This document shows positions 8,700-16,897 of a DNA stretch of 25,229 nucleotides, piece after piece. The position numbers and the translations under genes were made by a program. The stretch is taken from assembly GCA_050331235.1 (NCBI GenBank), contig JBHJHA010000106.1, positions 1 through 25,229 of the forward strand. The letters run 5' to 3'. The DNA is from Leptolyngbyaceae cyanobacterium. GTDB lineage: Bacteria; Cyanobacteriota; Cyanobacteriia; Phormidesmidales; Phormidesmidaceae. How positions within the stretch are numbered: the first letter of the stretch is position 1; every line of letters starts with the position of its first letter. The notes under the pieces are model-generated. The model ran no database searches. It was not told where the DNA came from and saw only the letters and a program-made list of their open reading frames with translations.

Positions 8700-9761
8700 C
8701 TAGGCCATCCAGCGTAGTTGCTGAGTTTTGACCGGCGAGACAAAGTCACGCTGCTCGGTCTGCGATCGCTGAAACTCTGCTTTGAGCTGGTAATACCACC
8801 GCGCGAGCACATCTGAGTCTTTGATCAACCGCAGCACAGACTCATGCTGTAGTCCCGCCTGCTGTTTGATGACGACATCTCGGTCTTGGCCCAAAAAAGT
8901 GGGAATGAGGTAGCGCAAAAATGGCTTGAGTACAAAGCCCCAAGGCAAATCCCAATAAAATTCAAAGGTGACATCGGTTTGGTCATCAGTCAGCGGCGTC
9001 ACCGTTGTCAGATTAACGACCCGATATTTTTCCGTCGTGGTTTCTTCCGTCCTGACACCAGGTAGATAAAAGACAATTTCATTTTCAGGGACACCGCCGA
9101 TGAGCCAATAGCCACGGGCCATGGTGTCAGGCATTTTGTGCCGTCGCATCGCAAACCCGTAAGGAACCGGATCAAACCACTTGATCTCAGGATTGAGCTG
9201 GCTGTCCCGCCACCACCAAGACCGATGCACAAAGGGTGAGTGAGCCGGGTCCATCAGACCCACCACGGCGTGATCGATAAAACAGGGAAAGCGCATAGTG
9301 TAAGACATGACGGGTTTGGCATCATCGGCAAAACCAGGGACCCGTGGAATATCAAACTTTGGCGGCTGCGCCTGTTTTGCGTCAGGGTCAGGCATATAAA
9401 TCCAAATATTGCCTTGCACCTCTTGGACTTGGTAGCGCTGAACGTTGAAACGATTCAAATCAAGTTCCTGATCGGCCATTAGCGAAGGGATCTCAATGCA
9501 ATGGCCAGACTGGTTAAACCGCCAACCGTGATAACAGCACTGCACGGCCTCACCGTCAAACCAGCCACAGCTTAAGGGCACCGCCCGATGGGGACAAATA
9601 TCGCGAATGGCGAAGGCTGTTCCAGTATTGGTGCGGCCAAATAAGATCGGCTCATTAAGCAAGGTCTTGGCGAGCATCTGGCCAGGCTTGAGAGCGTGAC
9701 CGGGCATCGCATGGTACCAAATATTGCGCAGCAAAAACTGATTGTCTACAGAAAACACCAT
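8700..9761 (-). CDS. Rieske non-heme iron oxygenase, alpha subunit (VanA/PobA-like)
   Basis: Rieske ligands CPH...CCYHGW, mononuclear Fe motif DPAHSPFVH, C-terminal QDRDV. Confidence 0.9.
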   Translation of the reverse strand: MVFSVDNQFLLRNIWYHAMPGHALKPGQMLAKTLLNEPILFGRTNTGTAFAIRDICPHRAVPLSCGWFDGEAVQCCYHGWRFNQSGHCIEIPSLMADQELDLNRFNVQRYQVQEVQGNIWIYMPDPDAKQAQPPKFDIPRVPGFADDAKPVMSYTMRFPCFIDHAVVGLMDPAHSPFVHRSWWWRDSQLNPEIKWFDPVPYGFAMRRHKMPDTMARGYWLIGGVPENEIVFYLPGVRTEETTTEKYRVVNLTTVTPLTDDQTDVTFEFYWDLPWGFVLKPFLRYLIPTFLGQDRDVVIKQQAGLQHESVLRLIKDSDVLARWYYQLKAEFQRSQTEQRDFVSPVKTQQLRWMA

Positions 9762-10002
9762 CGCCGAGATTTCAACCGGAAAACGCCAAGTGCTAAGAAA
9801 TGTATCAGGTCAAGGGCTTAAAATTTGAACTACCGCGGTGACTTCTTACATTTTGAGACTTTTTGAATGGGTTATGGGCGATGGGGGGTGGATGCCATGA
9901 CCGATGGCTCAAGAGAAATCATATTAAGATGGAAATCCACAAAAATCGGCGATCGCCGACTCATCCCGATTTCATCCATTGATACAAAATCTGTTTTTCT
10001 GA

Positions 10003-10410
10003 ATGACACACACACCTACGGTTAACAGCCTGAGCCCGCAACAACTCACTGATCTGGATAATCGGTTATCCCAGCGGTTTATTGAGCTTGATCCCGGTGG
10101 CTACTTCTTGATTTTTCTGGATCTCGACAATAGTTTGATTTGTGCTAAACATTTCACTAACGTGATTAACGATAAAGGGTTAGCCTGTGATCCAGAAACG
10201 GGCGAACCTCTACCCTGTGAGGGGGGAGTGCAGCGTCAACATTCCTATCTGTATACCGGAAGGACCGCTAAGGAGCTGTGCATCGCCATTTTTGAAGCGA
10301 GCGATCGCCCCTGCCCCATCACCATGTTGGATCATGCGGCTTACCTGGGCCGTGAGATGGTCAGGGCTGAGCTGGCCCTGGTCTCAGGTCAAGACTACGT
10401 GCAGGACTAG
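10003..10410 (+). CDS. DUF4346 domain protein
   Basis: LSQRFIELDPGGYF, GRTAKEL, LDHAAYLGRE..RAE, C-terminal YVQD. Confidence 0.85.
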   Translation: MTHTPTVNSLSPQQLTDLDNRLSQRFIELDPGGYFLIFLDLDNSLICAKHFTNVINDKGLACDPETGEPLPCEGGVQRQHSYLYTGRTAKELCIAIFEASDRPCPITMLDHAAYLGREMVRAELALVSGQDYVQD

Positions 10411-10444
10411 TGCTGGGTCCAAAGCCCGTCACAAGCTGGGTATG

Positions 10445-10490
10445 AACAAAAAACAAACCGGGTCAGGGAGGCCTCCCTGACCCGGTTTGT
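10445..10490 (-). terminator. Intrinsic terminator for psb32 (possibly bidirectional)
   Basis: Perfect 38-bp palindrome at 10453-10490, followed on the minus strand by a T tract. Lies between the convergent DUF4346 and psb32 genes. Confidence 0.85.
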
Positions 10491-10537
10491 CATTGGCCGC
10501 ACCAGTTCATTGACTAGTCGGCTGACCTAACGCATCC

Positions 10538-11242
10538 CTAGCCGCCGATAGCCTGATAAATGTAATAGGTCGCCATGGGAATCACCGTTGCTGCAATTAA
10601 AAAGCCGACGACGATAATGGTGGCGTTGCCTCGGTTTTCTTCAGTTTCTTCCGCTGAAGCAAAGGTGCTTTCCATCTCAAAGGAGGAAACCTCGGCTGGC
10701 GGCCCTGGGTCTGCTTCACCCGAGAGAACAGCGACCAAGCGATCGCTGGCGGCTAGCAATGCTTGATTGTACTTATTACCCTGACGCAGAGGGATGCCCA
10801 CGGTGTCCGCGACAATGCTGGTGGCAATATCGTCGGAGAGATCAGTCGCTGCGGCCTCACCCACTTTCAAGGCCGCATTGTTAGTGACGTCATCTAGCAC
10901 TAATAAAGTCTGATTAGCTTGACTTTCAGGATTGGGAAACCATTTGTCCATCAAGGCATCGGCAAAGCTAGCGGGGGTTTCGCCATAGTCGAGGCGGTGA
11001 ATGGTGACGAACCGGACTTCATTACCGGTTGCTGTCGCCAGTTCCTTCAGTTCAGAGGTGAGTTTGCCTTCGTTTAGGCGGCTGATGAGACCGGCATCGT
11101 CAACGATCCAAGTGCTATCCGAGAGCGGCGGCATCTGGTAAACCCCTGTCGCAAAGGCTGGAGCCGCCATCAGCAACGTACAGCAAGTCAAAAAGGCAGT
11201 TAAAAGAGAGCCAAGCAGTGGCTTGATGACACGGTGAAGCAT
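10538..11242 (-). CDS. psb32: Photosystem II repair protein Psb32 (TPM domain)
   Basis: Signal peptide ending PAFA|TGVYQMP, VRFVTIHRLDYGET, C-terminal TM helix LIAATVIPMATYY. The ATG at 11242 is preferred over the ORF-track start at 11509. A -10 TATAGT lies at 11278-11273. Confidence 0.9.
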   Translation of the reverse strand: MLHRVIKPLLGSLLTAFLTCCTLLMAAPAFATGVYQMPPLSDSTWIVDDAGLISRLNEGKLTSELKELATATGNEVRFVTIHRLDYGETPASFADALMDKWFPNPESQANQTLLVLDDVTNNAALKVGEAAATDLSDDIATSIVADTVGIPLRQGNKYNQALLAASDRLVAVLSGEADPGPPAEVSSFEMESTFASAEETEENRGNATIIVVGFLIAATVIPMATYYIYQAIGG

Positions 11243-11505
11243 GGGAATCAATGTGTGGCAACTGTTCCTTTCACTATACTGGAACGCCTTGTCCTGAGGT
11301 CGGCTCCCACGAGAAGGAGAGGTCTCGGAAACGTCTTTGTGGCTAGAACGACAGGGAACGACAACCATCCTTTCGGAGTCTCCCCCTCTATTAAGACTGC
11401 TGGAACTGGGCTGAGCCACCATATCAATCAGACTTGATCGACTTCTTGATGAATCCTGACTGACTGCCATGAAGAGAGAAGCGGGCGTTGTGTGATTTGG
11501 CTGGG

Positions 11506-14019
11506 TCACATCAGGTTAAGGGGATCGACATCAATCGTGAGGCTCACCTGAGTTGGGCAGTGATCGAACAGATCGGTCAAGCTCGGGGGGGGCGCCAGCG
11601 GGTCACCCTTGAGCAAAATCTGCCAGCGATAGCGTCGGGCCACTCGAAGGATTGGTGCGGGGGCGGGCCCCAAGAGAGTCCACTGGGCCGTTAGTCGAGC
11701 GGTCATAAGGTCAGCGATGGTGTGGGCAGCTTGCTCTGCTGCCTGCGGGATAGGACTTGTTAGCCGCAGCAGAATCAGCTGTCCTGCTGGGGGGTAGCTC
11801 AAATCCTGTCGATGCTGGGATTCCGTTTCTAAAAAATGCTGGATATTTTGCTGCTTAACAGCTTGAATGACGGGGTTGTCGGGATTATAGGTCTGTAAAA
11901 TGACGCGACCCTGCTGATCGCCGCGACCGGCACGGCCGGCGACTTGGGTGAGTACTTGAAAAGCGCGCTCATGGGCCCGATAGTCAGCCATATAAAGGAG
12001 GCCATCGGCGGCGATGATACCGACCACGGTGACTTGGGGCAAATCAATGCCCTTAGTCAACATTTGGGTGCCGACTAGTAGATCCGCATCGCCGTCGGCA
12101 AATCGAGTTAGCAGAGCGCGGTGGGCTCCTTTGGCGCGAGTGGTGTCGCTGTCAAATCGTAGACAACTGAGATGAGGCAGTTCTTGAGCGATCGCCTGCT
12201 CGACGCGCTGGGTGCCACTGCCAAACTGTTTGAGATAACGAGAGTCACAGGCCGGGCAGGTAGAGGGGTGGGTTTGGCTAAAGCCGCAGTAGTGGCACCG
12301 CAGACGTGCAGTGGCTTGGGGATGAACTTGGTGAAAGGAGAGGGAAACGTCACAATGCGGACACATCATGACGTGACCGCAGGCGCGACAAGAGACAAAG
12401 CTACTATGCCCCCGCCGCTGAATAAATAAGATGCCCTGCTCCTGTCGCGACTTCATCTTTTCCAAGGCGGCTTTGAGCGATCGGCTAAAAATTGACCGAT
12501 TGCCGATTTGGAGCTCTAGCCGCATATCGACGACGGTGACTGGCGGTGCCGATCGCTGGTGAACGCGGTCAGGCAGGGAGAGGTAATGTTGAGAGGGTGC
12601 ACCCTTGAATGGGGAGGGGGGTGAGACAGTTTCTCCAAGATTGGTAGCCGCCTTGCCGGTGGCAGCGCTGGGTGACTCGGGGGCAGAATGCAGCGAGGCC
12701 CAAGTTTCCAAAGCGGGGGTGGCTGATCCTAAAACTACGGGACAGGGCCCACGGGCGGCGCGCCACTGGGCCACGGTGCGAGCGTGGTAGCAGGGCATGG
12801 GCTGATCTTGCTTAAAGCTCCCATCATGCTCCTCATCCAAAATAATGATGCCGAGATTTGGCAGGGGGGCAAAAATTGCCGATCGCGTCCCAATCACCAC
12901 TAATGGCGCTCCTGGCAACATCTGTCGCCAAGCATCATAGCGCTCACCCTCAGAGAGGCCGCTGTGATAAACGTAGACGCGATCGCCAAAGCGCCGCTGA
13001 AAACGATCGGTCAACTGTGGCGTGAGGCCAATCTCGGGAACGAGCACTAAGGCGGAATATCCGGCTTGGAGCCGAGGCGCGATCGCCTGCAAATACACTT
13101 CAGTTTTGCCAGAGCCGGTCACGCCGTGTAGCAGGTAAACGCCGTATCCAGTTGCCGCATGGAGGGTGGCTAAGGCGGCCTGTTGAGCTGAGGTCAATTG
13201 CTTGGGTTGGTCGGGGGCTAGGGCAGGGGTGACGGGCTGCCGCAAAATTTCGCGTTCTTCGATAGCCAAATATCCCTTTTGCGCGAGCGATCGCAGGGTG
13301 GTACTGGTAGTGCGGCAATACTGCAGTGCATCTTGCAACCACAGATCGCCGCCCCGCCGCTGCAAGAGTAAAAGCACTTCGCGCTGCCGCTGGGTGATGG
13401 CTCGGTCCTCTGCCGCGGGAACGTGGGTGACGGTGACGGCCTGTCGCCGCTTAGGTTTGGGCGGAGTTGGCAAGGCGAGATAGCTCTCCGCCCAATGTCG
13501 ATCAACCAAGGCTTGAATGCCCCGATAGGCACCGCGACACTTTTGCCGCAGATATTGCCAGGTGTAGTCGCCTTGGGCTGACTGGCGGAGTTGCGCGAGG
13601 ACACAAGCCGCGTTGGGCGATAAAAACGCTGCCGCATCTGCGGGGATGTTCTCAGGCAAAAGTTTGACCCGTCGTTGCGATCGCCCCAGCAACCCCGGTG
13701 GTAAAGCTGTGCGAATGACCTGGATCAGCGGCGTTTGATAATAATCGGCAACCTGCTCTAGCACCTGCCAGTAGGTGGGGGCAAACATTCCAGATGAGAT
13801 GACCGCGGCCACGGGGCGAATCTGCTGTTGGTCGAGGTCAGGCGGCGGTGTGCTCATTAGCCGAATGGCGATCGCGCCCAACTGCTGCGCCCCAAACGGC
13901 ACACTCAAAATGTCGCCCACAGCTACGGACAAGTCGGCTGGTACCACATAGGTATAGAGGCCTTGGGCTCCGGCAGAGTCGACGAGGGCGGCTACCCACT
14001 TAGTAGATGCGCTTTTAAT
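11506..14019 (-). CDS. priA: Primosomal protein N' (replication restart helicase PriA)
   Basis: LLHGVTGSGKTEVY, LVPEIGLTPQ, ILDEEHD, two Zn-binding Cys clusters, GTQMLTKGID, QVAGRAGR. The frame continues upstream of the ORF-track GTG (13947) through KWVAALVDSAGAQGLYTY. Start placed tentatively at ATT 14019 (see findings). Confidence 0.95.
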   Translation of the reverse strand: MKSASTKWVAALVDSAGAQGLYTYVVPADLSVAVGDILSVPFGAQQLGAIAIRLMSTPPPDLDQQQIRPVAAVISSGMFAPTYWQVLEQVADYYQTPLIQVIRTALPPGLLGRSQRRVKLLPENIPADAAAFLSPNAACVLAQLRQSAQGDYTWQYLRQKCRGAYRGIQALVDRHWAESYLALPTPPKPKRRQAVTVTHVPAAEDRAITQRQREVLLLLQRRGGDLWLQDALQYCRTTSTTLRSLAQKGYLAIEEREILRQPVTPALAPDQPKQLTSAQQAALATLHAATGYGVYLLHGVTGSGKTEVYLQAIAPRLQAGYSALVLVPEIGLTPQLTDRFQRRFGDRVYVYHSGLSEGERYDAWRQMLPGAPLVVIGTRSAIFAPLPNLGIIILDEEHDGSFKQDQPMPCYHARTVAQWRAARGPCPVVLGSATPALETWASLHSAPESPSAATGKAATNLGETVSPPSPFKGAPSQHYLSLPDRVHQRSAPPVTVVDMRLELQIGNRSIFSRSLKAALEKMKSRQEQGILFIQRRGHSSFVSCRACGHVMMCPHCDVSLSFHQVHPQATARLRCHYCGFSQTHPSTCPACDSRYLKQFGSGTQRVEQAIAQELPHLSCLRFDSDTTRAKGAHRALLTRFADGDADLLVGTQMLTKGIDLPQVTVVGIIAADGLLYMADYRAHERAFQVLTQVAGRAGRGDQQGRVILQTYNPDNPVIQAVKQQNIQHFLETESQHRQDLSYPPAGQLILLRLTSPIPQAAEQAAHTIADLMTARLTAQWTLLGPAPAPILRVARRYRWQILLKGDPLAPPPSLTDLFDHCPTQVSLTIDVDPLNLM

Positions 14020-14160
14020 ATCAACCTCACTTGATCTTGTCGGCTTCTAGTGTAGCGATCGCCAAAAAAGATTGGCATTTTTGTGCGATTATCGCTATCC
14101 TTGCAAAGCTCTGAAAATCCTTAAGATTTTCGTTGGCTTCCTAACGAAAATGCTGACCGT

Positions 14161-14178
14161 TTTACAACCAGTAACAAT
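14161..14178 (+). promoter_or_regulatory. Candidate HLR1 (RpaB) direct-repeat site upstream of the sigma factor
   Basis: TTTACAAC-CA-GTAACAAT against the consensus (G/T)TTACA(T/A)(T/A)-N2-(G/T)TTACA(T/A)(T/A), with 7/8 matches in each half. Confidence 0.45.
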
Positions 14179-14341
14179 CCTTGTGAAACGTTACACGCTA
14201 GTAAAACACCTCAATCCCTTGACCTGGAGATCATTCCACAGCATCAGAAATATTGATTTTCTAAAAAGGGTTGCTATTTTGCCACTAATTCGAGTATAAA
14301 CGCCTCAAAAGCGAAGGCTTTGGAAGCCTATTATTAACCCC

Positions 14342-15517
14342 ATGGAAGCTTTCTTTATTTCCCCTGAAACCGATTCCGAAACTTTGGCTCATGTCGGCTT
14401 GGCTGATGATGAGTTAGTCCCTGCTAATAACGAAGAGCAAACTACTGGTTCATCATCTCAATCTGAAAAAGAGGATGCTTCCTGGAACGAAGATTCTGAG
14501 GCGACGGCCCAGTACTCTGTGAGAGAGTCCCTATCGGAGCTCAGTTTGCCGGGGTATCAAAAAACGATCACCGATGATGCGGTGGGTGCATTCTTTAAAG
14601 AGATGGCTCGCTATCCATTATTAAAACCCGCTGAAGAGATCGAACTGGCTCGCCAGGTTAGATTTTTAGGCAAGCTAGAAGAATTTAGAGAGAACTGGAT
14701 CGAGGAAAATGGTAATCCGCCTAATCTGCTAGAAATGTCAGGGGGTATGGGTCTGAGCGAAGCTGAGTTTCGGCACAAACTCCATCAAGGACGAGCTGCC
14801 AAGCGTCGAATGATCCGTTCTAACTTGCGTCTAGTTGTTTCTATCGCTAAGCGCTATTTAAATCGAGGGGTACCTTTTCTTGATTTGATCCAGGAGGGAG
14901 CCTTAGGTTTAAATCGAGCCACTGAAAAATTTGATCCCGATAAGGGCTACAAATTTTCTACCTATGCTTACTGGTGGATTCGTCAGGGGATCACGCGAAC
15001 GATCGCGAACGATGCGCGGACGATTCGCCTGCCGATTCATATCGTGGAAAAGCTCAATAAATTAAAGAAGGCCCATCGAGAATTGCGCCGCGATTTGCAA
15101 CGGAATCCGACCGAGGCAGAGCTGGCTGAAGCGCTCGATATAGCCCCTGATCAGTTGCGGAGTTTGCAACAGGTTCGTCGGCGATCGCTCTCCCTCAATC
15201 ATCGCGTTGGGAAAGGCGAAGATACCGAATTGATGGAATTGCTCGAAGACGGCAATACCCAGACCCCCGAAGCCAAAATTAGCGAATCAATGATGCGCAA
15301 AGAAATCACGGGTGTCTTGTCAGAGGTGCTAACCGAACGGGAAAAGGACATCATCACACTACGCTACGGGTTGACGACCGGCGAAACCCATACGCTGGAA
15401 GAGGTGGGCAATATGTTTAATCTCTCTCGCGAGCGCGTACGGCAGATTCAAACTAAGGCGATGCGCAAACTCAGAAGGCCTCAGGTTGCTTCTCGTCTCA
15501 AAGGGTGGCTGCGCTAA
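14342..15517 (+). CDS. sigE: Group 2 RNA polymerase sigma factor, SigE-type (Synechocystis nomenclature)
   Basis: Region 1.2 DAVGAFFKEMARYPLL is characteristic of the SigE clade. Also NLRLVVSIAKRY, DLIQEG, KFSTYAYWWIRQ and the region 4 HTH SRERVRQIQ. Confidence 0.88.
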   Translation: MEAFFISPETDSETLAHVGLADDELVPANNEEQTTGSSSQSEKEDASWNEDSEATAQYSVRESLSELSLPGYQKTITDDAVGAFFKEMARYPLLKPAEEIELARQVRFLGKLEEFRENWIEENGNPPNLLEMSGGMGLSEAEFRHKLHQGRAAKRRMIRSNLRLVVSIAKRYLNRGVPFLDLIQEGALGLNRATEKFDPDKGYKFSTYAYWWIRQGITRTIANDARTIRLPIHIVEKLNKLKKAHRELRRDLQRNPTEAELAEALDIAPDQLRSLQQVRRRSLSLNHRVGKGEDTELMELLEDGNTQTPEAKISESMMRKEITGVLSEVLTEREKDIITLRYGLTTGETHTLEEVGNMFNLSRERVRQIQTKAMRKLRRPQVASRLKGWLR

Positions 15518-15616
15518 CTCACAACCGGGGTCCGTTTTGCCGTAGTCTCCCTAACAACGCCTGCCGCTGAAAACCTGAATGATGTGGGCATGATTTTTTA
15601 GAGGAGGGAGCGGTTT

Positions 15617-16882
15617 GTGGACTACAAGCAGGATCTCATCACCACAATTCACGATCTGGGCTGTGATATCGAACAGTTAGATAACCACCTGACTGAGGTT
15701 AGCCAACTCACGCCCACGGCAGTTTTGATTCCATCTTTGTATGAGGAGTTGGAACGCCCTGCCCTGACCCAGATCCGTGACCAGCTAATGCATTGCCGGT
15801 TTGTCAACACAGTGGTCATTAGCCTTTATGCCCAGACCCCTGAAGAATATTCCAAAGCGGTTGACTTTTTTAGTCCGTTGCCGCAGCCCACATACGTACT
15901 GTGGGAAAATGGTCCCCGGATTACTGAGCTGTTAGACAAGCTCCAGAGCCTGGGTCTGGACCTGCTACAGCATCGTGGTAAGGGGCGGGCGGTTTGGCTC
16001 GGGTTGGGAATTGCCTCTTTGGAGGCAGCGGCGATCGCCCTCCATGACGCAGATATTGTCACCTATGACAAAACCTATCCCCTCAAGCTGTTATTTCCGC
16101 TGCTAGAGCGAGAGTTTGGCATTGCTTTTAGTAAGGCCTATTACACTCGCTTGAGCGATCACCCTCGGCGGATGCATGGCCGAGTTACCCGCCTGTTTGT
16201 GACTCCCTTGATCACGTCACTGATGGAACTGTTTGGTTACCGCGATTACCTGCGATATCTCAACTCTTACCGCTATCCGCTTTCGGGGGAGTTTGCGCTG
16301 ACCAGTGATTTGGCCCTTAATACACGCATCCCGGCTGACTGGGGATTAGAAGTGGGATTACTGGCCGAGGTTTACCGCAATGTCGCCCGGAAGCGAATCG
16401 CGCAGGTGGACCTGGGAATTTTTGAGCACAAGCATCAAACCCTGGGCATGTCCTCTGAGCAGGGCCTGCAAAAGATGTGCCGAGATATCCTCAAGTCGGT
16501 GCTGCGCACGCTGACCGAGACGGAACAGGTGGCGATCTCTCGGGATCATATCCGGGCGTTGGGCGTGAAATTTCGTCGGGAAGCGCAAAATCTCACCCGC
16601 CAGTATTTTGTCGATGCTCGCTTTAACAGCATTGAGTACGATCGCCACCATGAAGAAGTCACCTTGGAGCAGTTTGAAAAACTGATTCTCCAAGCAGGGG
16701 AAGACTACCTCAACGATGCCACGGGCACACAGATTCCTGATTGGACGCGGGCCTTGGCGGTCATACCGGATTTGCGGGAGCACCTCCGTGACGCAACTGT
16801 GGCTGATATGGGCGATGCCCGGGAGCAAAACGAGCAAGATACCTCCAATACGATGCCGTCCCTGACGGTGGTACCGCAGTAG
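15617..16882 (+). CDS. gpgS: Glucosyl-3-phosphoglycerate synthase (glucosylglycerate biosynthesis)
   Basis: GKGRAVW, DxD motif HDADI, GRVTRLFVTPL, YPLSGEF, DWGLEVGLLAEV, HKHQ. GTG start with strong GAGGAGG Shine-Dalgarno. Confidence 0.85.
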   Translation: MDYKQDLITTIHDLGCDIEQLDNHLTEVSQLTPTAVLIPSLYEELERPALTQIRDQLMHCRFVNTVVISLYAQTPEEYSKAVDFFSPLPQPTYVLWENGPRITELLDKLQSLGLDLLQHRGKGRAVWLGLGIASLEAAAIALHDADIVTYDKTYPLKLLFPLLEREFGIAFSKAYYTRLSDHPRRMHGRVTRLFVTPLITSLMELFGYRDYLRYLNSYRYPLSGEFALTSDLALNTRIPADWGLEVGLLAEVYRNVARKRIAQVDLGIFEHKHQTLGMSSEQGLQKMCRDILKSVLRTLTETEQVAISRDHIRALGVKFRREAQNLTRQYFVDARFNSIEYDRHHEEVTLEQFEKLILQAGEDYLNDATGTQIPDWTRALAVIPDLREHLRDATVADMGDAREQNEQDTSNTMPSLTVVPQ

Positions 16883-16897
16883 AAGCGGGCGATCAAT

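Noticed and set aside
11243..11509. 89-codon N-terminal extension of Psb32 (GTG overlapping the priA stop)
   Set aside because: The extension is Ser-rich with no recognisable features and would bury the signal peptide. A -10 box and the ATG at 11242 explain the gene, so the open frame is probably chance.
12585..12700. About 35-aa insertion in PriA as a possible intein
   Set aside because: It is a Pro/Ser/Ala-rich linker with no intein splice motifs (no terminal His-Asn) and is far too short.
14072..14299. Short ORFs 14072-14299 and 24701-24934, and the many nested 60-160 aa ORFs
   Set aside because: No recognisable motifs or Shine-Dalgarno sites. They lie in promoter regions or overlap well-supported genes.
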